This document shows, piece after piece, positions 15,181 through 25,973 of a stretch of 64,000 bases of DNA. Positions within the stretch are counted from its first letter, which is position 1, and each line of letters starts with the position of its first letter. Location of the stretch: assembly GCA_964057225.1 (NCBI GenBank), contig OZ059894.1, positions 14,818,001 to 14,882,000 of the forward strand, written 5' to 3'. The notes beneath the pieces are model-generated. The model was not told the DNA's origin. It was given only the letters and a program-made list of their open reading frames with translations, and made no database searches. The position numbers and the translations under genes were made by a program. Source of the DNA: Auanema rhodensis. Lineage: Eukaryota > Animalia > Nematoda.

Positions 15181-16088
15181 TAGGTGGTCCAAATGGAACG
15201 TGGCCTCCATCAATTTTTTTTCAAAAAAAAAAAAAACAAACAAACAAAAATAAAATTATAAATATATTTAAATGAATACAAAATAATATTTTTAATTAAT
15301 CTCAGCTCATTTGTCTGAAAAGCTTGTTTGACTTTGCTCTCTTTTTATTCGTCTTGTTCGTAATGGATGTAGCTCATATGCACCAGGTCCTCCTTTTTCA
15401 TTTTGAAAATGATGTTTCTGCTAAAGAAACATGTCGCAAGATGAAAGCAGTTCATGGAGAATTCTCTCCAGCTCACAGAAGATGTAAGAAATGGTTTACA
15501 TGCTTCAAACCAGCGAGATGGATCTCGGAGATCGTCACTGGCCCGGTGCCGTTAAGAATTTCAGCGATGACAGCCTTCAGAAGGTTCTCGATGACATTCC
15601 TGGAGCGACCCAACTCCAAATCGTGAAAGAACTGAAGGTTAGCAAATCTGCTGTCTCTTAGAAGCTTAACAAAATGGGTAAAATCCATAAGATTTCACCA
15701 TTTTCCCCACATGTCTTGACTGAGAGCAATATCAGATCGAGAGTTGTTTTGGCTGAGCAGGACCTTCTGTGAATGAGTCAAAAAAGGGTTTTTTTAAGTT
15801 TGGTAACTGGGGACAAGAAGTGGATTCTCTACCTCAACCCAAACATGACTAAGATTTGGGTGTACCCAGGTGAGGAAGTTCCTATGACACATAGGGCTTA
15901 CCCACAAATTCCTAAAAAGCCGCTGCTAACAACGCTTCTGCAATTAGGTTGGGTCGTTTTGAAGAACATTTTTCAGAAAAGAATTAGAAATTTAGAAGAA
16001 AGGTGAAAGAAAGTGATAGAAAATTAGGGAAACTATTTTAGAAAATAAAAACTTTTGCATTGCTACGTTTCAATTAGACGACGATTTA
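15181..16088 (+). mobile_element. Degenerate, internally deleted mariner (Tc1/mariner) element
   Basis: Mos1-like N-terminal HTH from 15363 (MDVAHMHQVLLFHF...CKKWFTCFK), then PHVLT and LVTGDKKWILY (cf. IVTGDEKW), and C-terminal FQKRIRNLEER*KKVIEKLGNYF (cf. GIRKLPERWQKVV..GEYF). Frameshifts and stops are present and the central catalytic region is missing. Imperfect TIRs: TAGGTGGTCCAAATGGAACGTGGC (15181) versus GCTACGTTTCAATTAGACGACGA (about 16062). Confidence 0.85.
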
Positions 16089-17296
16089 TAGACTGATATA
16101 GCATATATAGATAAATGGATAAATATGTTATATGATATGTGAGGGAATGATTAAATAAAATCTCATAAAAAACAGAAATAACATTTGTATTATCATTTCA
16201 AAGAACGGAAGAAGAAAATCAACAGGATGTATTATAAATACGAAAGTTTATATTCTGAATGTATATAAAGAGAGAATTAGAGAGAGAACGCGTAATAGAG
16301 ATGAAGAAGTGTGGGGGGGGGTGGTTGATGAAATTAAAAACAACTTGAAAAGGCTTAAAAATTGAAGATCACTGTATTTGCACAACTATTCCGTGTTTTT
16401 ATAACATAAAAAATGAATTAAAAGCTCACAAAACATGAAAATGAACGTATGAGATTGATTATAAGATATAATATATATTCTAACAGATGATATAGTTAGT
16501 TCATAAATGAAATATTTATAAGAATCAAAACACATTTTCAAGTTTTAAATTATCAACATGATAGTGTTATGAATTGAAATATACATAGAAATCAATCATA
16601 AATGAGAATTGGAAAAGTCATTTATGTGTAATCGACATAAAGTAAATGTATTTTTTTTAAAATAACTTCATTGGGTGTTTTGATGATTTTCAATATTCAA
16701 TTATGAATAATTTAATTTCTTTTATACATAAAGAAAAAGTTCAAGTTATTGAATGTTCAATAACAACAACTTGATTAGTTATTTCAAAGATTTTTTATCA
16801 AAATTTCTCTCTCTCTCTCTCTCTATAATATATATATATAAATTCTCTTTTATTTATAAAATATAAAGAAAGTTATCAATACGATTATAAAACTATATAA
16901 TAAAATGTTAATTATTATTTAAATAGTAATAATATTCTATTTTATTCATAATCATTCGTGTATTCACATAATACACCAACCCCCACTCCTTCCATTTTCC
17001 CTCCTTTCTCCCTCCATATATCTACTTTTCTTCTTTTAAGTTCTAAAAAGCACGATCACTCTGCAATGTTACATCTGTCACCTTTGCAGCAGCAGTTTGA
17101 CACCCTTAGAGTTACATTGATGTATATGAATCATCAAGATATATGAATACATCATAGTTAATAGTATATTCTTTCTTAGAATAAAAATAATTAAAATACC
17201 TTATATATCATTAGAAATGTTTATTTTAGTGTTAAACCTTATTATATAAATTTGTTTTACATGATCATTATCATCATTATTTTACATTGCTATCAC

Positions 17297-18772
17297 TTAC
17301 TTATCTGGAATATCTTCCATTGCTATATTATCAAATGACATTATACCTCGAGATCGGTTACAACGTAGATACAGCAATACAACACATACTACAGAAATAA
17401 CTATTAAAGCTATTAGATTTACATTCACCGGTCCTGGACGAATTATGAGCACCCGGCCCATACCGGACATACCGTAATTCAGAAATACGGTACGGCCGTT
17501 AAGTGATGGTACTTCATCAACCAAATATGAAATTGGAATTGGAGCACGACTTCTTGTTGTATACATTATGAATTTATATAACTGAGAATATGATATGACT
17601 ACTGGCTGTATAAGTAATGTCCAGAGAACACCTGTTGAACATGGTGGATGAACGAAAGAACCTGAAAATTTCATTTCCGTATAAACATAACTCGTTGAAA
17701 ATCTTATACCATTATAACGATAGAAGGAAGTATGATCTTTGGGAAGAAGAACTGCTGGCTGAACAAAGTCGTATGGCTCATCCAAGCCGTTTTCTATAAT
17801 AGGATACATGGATTTAGCGGCGGATATGATGACATGATGACTTACTGCTAAACAATGGCTGATCCAATGTGCTCATTTCCTTGTTCTTTTTTGCACGACT
17901 AGTTGTATTGACAGTTAATTCAAAGAAGACAGCAACCTATAAACAGAAAGAGGAAATATCTTACACATATATAATGCATTCAAAGATATGCTTACAATAG
18001 CAACATGTCCAGGCTTATTACGAGCATCTTCTAGTCTGAATCCTTCACGTACATGAACAAAATGAGCCTGAAAACATTCATTTTTTAACAAAACACTACT
18101 AAAAGGGAATGTTTTACCTCCATAAAGTGATAAGCTCCATTAATGGTATGGCCAGATTGAATAGGTGAATGACTACTCCATTCACTAACTGCCCAATGAA
18201 TTTCTTCCAGATAATACTTGTAAGGTAATCCCCCACCAATAATCATTGGACGATTTTGCCATAATCGAAAACCAAAAACAGCTTCTGAATATATGAATAT
18301 ATTAGAATATAGTTGGCAATATATACAAGAAAAACCTGTGAAATTTTCAAATTTTCGTTGTCGTACTAATCCGGTTGAGTTATAATTAATAAATTTTAAA
18401 GGAGAAAATTGAATAGGTACAGCTTTTACTGAAAAACAAAAAAAATGTTATGTATAAATTCAATTTAAGAATGCTTGAAACATACCGACGTCGATGTTAA
18501 CTGGGGAGCGTTCTTGTCCGTCAAAGCAGTCCGGATGGGCATTTTTGATATCAGTTTTCCAATCAGCAAACTCTTTAACAGCATCAAGCAAAGTTTTACC
18601 TATAACGTTTGAGTTGATGAAAAACAAAAATCAAATTGTAAGTCTTACCGATGCTTTTCGAAGTTGTAGCCGAAACTGTCGATGTAGATATCGTAGTGGC
18701 TTTTTGAGTAGAAACATTATTGGATAATTGCAATAAATATATGAGAAAAACTATGAGATAACCACTCGTCAT
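17297..18772 (-). CDS. Alpha-carbonic anhydrase-like protein with signal peptide and C-terminal TM helix, probably non-catalytic
   Basis: Spliced: MTSGYLIVFLIYLLQLSNNVST..., C.GQERSPVNID, IIGGGLPYKYYLEEIHWAV, SGHTING..HFMEAHFVH, VAVFF, LLPKDHTSFYRYNGSFVHPPCSTGVLWTLL, then TM LIALIVISVVCVVLLYL. A further short 3' exon is possible. Confidence 0.85.
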
Positions 18773-20078
18773 CACCGGAGCACACTGACTGATTTGGCTC
18801 TATAATCAAACGTTCGACCTAAATTGATGATCGTTCCTATGCCATTGGCAAATTCTCTCGGGTTTCCAATAACCTAAGGAATTAGGTTGACATTTTCTCT
18901 TAGATCTTCTGAACTCTTCAGAAATATGAACATCTATCAAAATAGACAATGAATAAGAAGTGAGAGAAAGAGAGAAAAAGATAAGAAGAGTAAGTAAATA
19001 AGAGAGATTTTTTAAATATATAAGAAAAAAGAGAAATGTTAGAGATTAAAGTTACAAATGTTATTGATTTTATAATTGTTTTCTGTAGATTTGTCTTTGA
19101 TTTTGACGATATTCCATATTATTTGTATATATATATATTTCTTATTATTATATAATATAATATATATTGTGTAATGTATTCTCTTTTAATTCTTTTTTTA
19201 GTAATTGTATAGGTTGATGATGATTTTATTGATTTATACTTGAGTAATTCAATTTATAAACTTAAAATCACTTCATATACATACATACATAGATATATTA
19301 AAACTTTTTTTTTCAATAAAATAATAAAACAATCCGTTACTACTTACAAATTTCCTAAATGTTTGATTATACAATGAGAGAAATTGATAATAGAAAAGTA
19401 GTAAGCATCATTCGAACTAGTTACAATTCTCAATTGAAAATCTCAAAATAGGCATAATCAAGCTAATTCTGGAGAAATAATAATTATAATTCAAGACTGA
19501 AACGAATGAAGCATGAAGAGATATCACGGCTTTTAAAATAATTGTTCGCAATATTATGTGAGATCAGAAGGTAATGTATAAAATTAATAAATAAATAAGT
19601 ATATAATAATTAATTATATACATATAAACTATTAAAATTTTACAAAAATACTTTGTTTAAATAATAAATAATTATATTTATATAAATATAAATATTACAA
19701 ATGAGATCATTCTAATTATATAAGCTGACTTAGAAGATAGACGACGGGTCAAATTTCAAACTAAAAAAACATTGTACACGTGTTAAGGGGTATGAAAAGC
19801 CAACTTAAGTGCTAGTTTACTAAAGCCTTATCACTAGTTTAATGACTTTTACTCCTGTATAACTAATCATTTCAACTAGAACTTCTATATAAAGACATTG
19901 ACAAGAATAAACTTAAAAAGTTGCAAAAACAGTTTTGATGATGATGAATCTTCAAAATGTCTTTTCAAATGTTTCTAAATTATAATCAATGACGGTATGT
20001 GATAGCATAGGAATATGACAAAAGATGCGTAAAGTTGGTAAGAAGGTTTAGGTTCCAAACTTTAGAAAACAAATAAGT

Positions 20079-23000
20079 TTATGATATAGCACCTTTATGT
20101 GTTAAAAATTCCATCAATGTCTCAATTTCTAAATTGATATTAGCTGTTGCTCGTCGAATTCGTTGTGCTATTTCGTCTGTTTCACAATCATCGAAAGAAC
20201 GTCCACAGAATGAAGCAACCATTGCTTGAGCTTGTGCATCCTCACTGAAATCAAATAAACTTGCTAAAGCTATAAATAATTTCAAAATATATATAAATAG
20301 AAGTTTTGGTGCACAAGGTGATTGTAGAGGTATCGTACAAGTTAAGATGTAGAGGGAAAATAAATAGTTGAATAATGCATTAAACAACCGTTCATTAGAT
20401 ACAACATCAACACAAATGACACATTGCTCAGATATTAATTTAAGTTTCACGTGATCTTTAAATGCCACGTGAAATATACGTGAAATATACGTGAACAAAA
20501 TATTTGAATATTTGAACTGTGTGCATATATACATACAAAATAAAAAAAAGTAGAAGAAATAGTCTACATTCACGCATCATGCGCTCAATTAGCAAAGCAA
20601 AAATGAAATGAAAATCCAAAAGATATTTAAAAAATTTAATGTTTATATAGGGTGCATATAGAATAGCTGAAGCGAAAATACCTGGCTACTGACACATGGC
20701 TTCCAGCTTTCTTGCTTTCAGTTGATCCGCGAAGAAGTTTATCACGCAGCTCCAGTAGATCGATGAATGACCGTCGTTTTGAAGGAGTTGATCTAATTTT
20801 GTGAGGAGTAGCCGTCAGGTCCAACTAAAAAAATTGAAAATATATATAAATATGTTATAAATTATATGCTAACCTGTTTCAAAGCATCATTCAAATCTCC
20901 ACATTTCAACCGAAGTTCAGAGAAATGAAGTATTGTATTCTTGACGATTTCATGAATTTCTGCCACCCAGAACTTCATAGACAGACCCAAAGCTCGCCGA
21001 CATTCGTTTATAAATGACTGTGATTGAGCAACAGCCTATGAAAATTAAAAAAATAAAGTTTTTAATAAATATAATAATATACAATACCTTATCCAAATGA
21101 TGATTATTCCATAATTGAAGATAATCTCCTTTATGATCTACATTAGGTGACCAATCCATAATTGCACACCAATCCTTCATTAAAAGTGGTTCAACCTATG
21201 TTTTTCAACTTCAATTTTAAGTTTTAATATTTTTGAATTACCTTGATTCCTGCTTGTAGCATACACAATATTCCTTGTTTTGTGTATAAATCTCCACGAT
21301 TCAGATGTGGATATAAGAATTTGATAGTCATTTTAACATCAACTTTCTTAATTTCTTTTCGAATCTAAAATAAATCTAAAATATAAATAATATAAAATTG
21401 ATTATAACCTTGCTCAGGAGTAAACCAAGAAGCTTTGCACACGATTTGTTGCTTTTACACTCATCAACTACTTCACATTTTGGTTCACAGTCTTGATGAA
21501 AACAGGGAGATTTTGACACAAAAATAGTAATTTCGTATAAATCTATCTGAAAATATAAACATATAAACATAACATTTAAATAATATGTCATACACTATAT
21601 TTGGATATTAAATCAAATAAGGCAACCAAAAGCTGTTCTTCCACATGAGGCTCTGCTTTAGAATCATGAAAGAAATCTCCTCGATAAATATAATCATCAC
21701 CTTAAATAAATATGTTTGTTGTTTAATTTTTATGTATATATATTCAACGTTTACCTATTAATGTTACAATTAAACCGCTGCTTTCATGTTTATGTTCTAA
21801 AAAGCATTGCTGAACATGTTTCGGTATTGAAAATTTGGCTGCCCCATTCGTACAATCGCCACAGCATCGACATCTGGAATGCAAATATTCGTAAAAAATA
21901 TTTTTCAAAAAAAATTAACAGAGGCAATTATAATATTTGATGTAATTTTTCTTTCATATCATATAGTAAGAAGAGAATATTTGTGTTTTTTTTTCGACGA
22001 ATTAGATGGGAACAAGATACTAGATATCTGGGATAATTCGGGTAAGTAAGCATTCGTCGGTGCTAAAAGCTAACAATCGCATAGATAATGGCCTAATTAT
22101 GTGAACAGATCGTCTGGTTAGCCTAATATAAATATGCTTTCCCTCTATTCCTATCGATTTTATATAATTAAAATATAAAATAATATGAATTTCAAAAAAA
22201 TAATTAATAATAATTAAAATCTAAGAACGTACTTGCTTGAGCAAAATTCATAAACAGATCGGCATGGACATTCCTTCTTGACACACATTTTCTTGTTTTT
22301 TGCGCATTGACATCCTTGTTCAGGTTTAGCAACTTTTACTATTTTTTTAGGTGGTTCCTAAATTAATTAAATTAAACAAAATAAAATCCCTAATGTATAT
22401 TAATATAGTAAAGAGAGTGTTATAGAAGGTTTAGCTAAGAAGGTTCTCAAATCAATAAACTATAATTGTTTGATGTCAATTGTGAACAAAAGAAAATAAT
22501 GTACAGATTGCATCCATATAATTTAAAGACAAAATAAGCATATAATTATAAAAATATATAAAATATGAGAAAATAATAAAAAGATGTTGTGTTATTGTTT
22601 AAATATATGAGAACATTTTATAAATATTTGGAAAATAAGTTGAATTTAAGCTCAAACCTTGTTTTTACAAATTTGCTTACAAGCACAAAGCTTGCTACAT
22701 CCTTCCTTCATCTTTAAACAGTCACATCTTTCGTTTTTCATACAAGCATTCTTTGCTGGCTTAGCTGGATCAACTTCACATGAGCATTTACAAATTGCCT
22801 GATTTAAGCAGTCGCCTCGATATCTAAAAATTTAAATTAAAAAGTTTATTTTAATTAAAAGTTAATTTCTCTCTCCCTTTATTACAAGAAACAATTTTTT
22901 TTTCTTTTTAGCTTTTCAAATTCTTTTTCTCTTGAGTTTAATTCCATGTTTTTTGCTGTTTAGCCATTCATTGTTGTTCAGGGGAACAGATATCCTTAAT

Positions 23001-25973
23001 GAATCTCGGAATCCGATCTGATGATGGCTATAACGATATCTAATAATGCTTCTCCTCTTAGTCTCATCCAAGCTTTATCCATATTTCCCTTCGTATTTCA
23101 TCAATTGCTTGATGCGCGCCTCTACGAATGATATTACTTGATGCTATACCAAATCTAGCGACAACAGAGGTTCACGATGCTTGTGCTTCTCAACCTCTTT
23201 CGCTCTCTTTCAACACGTTTGGTTTCAAGTGTCTTTCTAACGTGAATAGAGATATTGATTAAAGATAGAAGAAGGCTTGCATGCAGCTTCATTTGGTCAG
23301 CAACAATACAAGGACATCGAATGTCTGTCATCTATTGACCAGTAGTTAGCTCAGGTCGTCGTATTGTCAAATGCACCCCTCCTCCTAGTAGACTATTTCT
23401 AATTTTCTTTTCTAGTATTTCTTCCACTCAAACTCTTTTCCCTTTTCTTTGAACTGTGTAGTTCAGCATACACGAGAGTGGGGGCTTTTCAAAAGGCATA
23501 CACTTTCCCTTTTACTTATTACTCTCTTAGAGCTTCAACACCAATAGTCAACTACCAGCTACACATGCGTAAGATCCAGTCAACCTCTTCTTTCTCTTCC
23601 TCTTGTTCTCTCTTTTTCCCTCTCTCCTTCTTTCACCCCTCCCCTCTCTTCCTCTATCTATTTCTCATGGTACTATATTTCTCTCTCCCTACCCTTTTCC
23701 ACTCGTTTCTTCTCATTTGGTCTGCCTCTTCTCTCTCTATCTTTTTCATTGTATTATAGTAGAGGCCAGCTGCCAAATGCCTAATTAATGTGTCAATTCA
23801 GCAACCTTTACAGCTTAAGCAGCAAGATTAGTTGAACCACAATTCCATTAATATGTGAGTACTTTATGATCGACCAACTGACAGCTTAATTAGCAATGAT
23901 TTGTAATTAGACAATTCTTAAAACTTGAAAATTGATCAAAAAATGTCGAAAAAAACTGTTAAATGAAAACGTCATTGGGTTTCTTGAAGCAATTAGATAT
24001 GAAAGGACAAAATCTTATAAATTGTCAAAATCATATTACCCAAGAGATTTCAATGATTATTGGATTAACTAAGAGATTAAGCAGACTAGTCAAAGAACAA
24101 GTTTACAAGCTTCTTCTCGACATTATTCAATTGCTTGATGATTTGAAGCTGAACGAGTGTTCTGTCGTTTCCAAGGACGTTTGTTCTTCAAAGATTTAAC
24201 TGAAAACTAAACCATCTGCTGTTTGCTGGATGTATACAAGCTATATAGAGGGAAAAAACGGAAGGATGCCGCTATGCAGTTGACTCATCTTCTCCGGTTT
24301 CTTAGGTCTAAATGGGATTTGGTGGACTATTGGACGTGGTCCGAAAGATGGCTCGTCAGTAGTTCATTAGACGACAACTGACAATAATTCTATTGGCTTC
24401 CTCGCCCCGAAATGTAGAAAAAACGAAAAAGAGTTAGAAGCCGTAGCACGAACTGAAGAAAGCAGAGCGGTGAACCGTTGATATAACATAATCAACGTTG
24501 GTCGTCTCTACGGATTCAACTTCACACCAACAAATATTCCGTTTAACCATATATACTAAACTCTGTAGCCGAGAATCATATTATCGAAGTTTTCGTTCCA
24601 CCTTAATCTTTATCCACTCAAAACGCTAAACTGCTTCTTCCATGATATCTTCTGGGAGAATTAGTACATGAGTGATTACACTAAGAATTTCTTTAATGCC
24701 TCTAACAATTCGGAGAACGAGTATTCAGAGGGCAAACTGAAAGCCGACAGAATGCCAAACGAACAAACAGAAGGACCATGGAACAGCTCGTGTAACTCAC
24801 AGTCTCTCATGTCGTTTGTCATTCTTTGTAGGCTTCTGTCTATTTTGGCTTCATGCCAGATGGGCTGAGTAGTCGAAGAGTTAGAAGCCGAAAAAGACTA
24901 AAATGAGGACGATGAGAAAGATATGCAATCTATAGTTAGAACGTTGAGCCCATGATGCTATAGTAGTTTGAAAAGACAGAAATTAGCATAAAGAGATCGA
25001 ATAGTGGAAGCTGAAGAAACCGAAAAAGGGAAGAAGATGACGATGCGAAGTCAGCAGAAAACATGATTCATGAAGAAGATTCGACCCCGGCAGCTATGGT
25101 GTCCTAAATAGTCCCAAGGGTGCAACCAGAACTTCATTCTTGCTCTCCCTTTCCTTCATATATCCAGTATTTCAATCCTTCAACGCTGTTTTATCTCCTC
25201 GATCACTTCCATAGGCTGCTTTCAAGCCTTGAATTATACTAATAATAGATCGAGGTGTGGAATTTTCAATATATTTTTTGAAGAAAAAGCTAAGAAACAA
25301 AAGTTTGTATTCTTATTTTCAGTCAAAATTAAATAAAGCCAAGGTACTGATTCAACCTTTTTTCCTCGTCTTTAGTTTATTTGATAAAAACTTCCTTCCA
25401 AATCGAGTTGTAGCAGTTTATGGATGCACAGGTTGCCTCTACTATATATACCAGCTCAAACAAAATAAAGAAGGAAAAAGCCCGATGCTTCTGGTTACTG
25501 CTTTTCCTCTTCTCTCGTAAAATTTTAGTTCTCTCTCTCTATCTCTCTCTCTTTCAATCTATTCATTTATGTAGCTATCTCCCTCTCTTTCTCTTCTTTT
25601 ATGCGTCGTCATATCTCTATCTCATTCTCTCCCTCTCTCTCTATTTCGCGCACCCAGTCACCCACTCAACTCCCTCCCTTCTTTGCTTTCTTATCTCTCT
25701 CCATCATTCATACTATTTCTATTACTCGACACATTTTCATTCGCTTAATGAAGCCACTGACCTGGTACTCTCACAATGCTCATCACATGTCTTTCTGGCA
25801 GCTACACATGGACATGTATCAGCACTACATCTAAAAGAATACAAATAGAATAAAATTCTTTGTTTATACTTCAAATTCGAATTTGAAGTTTTCTTGGAGA
25901 AGATGACTAACCTACTCTGACTGACTGCACATTCGCAGCAATAGTTTGTGGCCCGGCTCATTTCGCTGGCCAT
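20079..25973 (-). CDS. CXC-repeat / AID-APOBEC-like zinc-dependent deaminase fusion protein
   Basis: Exons at approximately 25973-25912, 25830-25762, 22823-22658, 22357-22233, 21873-21755, 21700-21594, 21546-21409, 21364-21242, 21195-21088, 21035-20874, 20825-20681 and 20244-20079 join in frame. Three Cys-rich CXC modules end in C-x-N. The deaminase motifs are PHVEEQLL, ITIFVSKSPC...SCAKLL, MTIKFLYPH and QGILCMLQAGIKVEPLLMKDW, followed by a helical C-terminus. Confidence 0.85.
23940..25110 (+). pseudogene. Decayed intronless coding-like sequence of unknown origin inside the 2.9-kb intron of the deaminase gene
   Basis: GC is higher than in normal introns here. Long reading-frame stretches are broken by scattered stops (LLDVYKLYRGKKRKDAAMQLTHLLRFLRSKWDLVDYWTW; MSDYTKNFF...QMG*VVEELEAEKD*NEDDEKD). 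GAGTTAGAAGCCG recurs at about 24431 and 24878. No family recognised. Confidence 0.35.
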
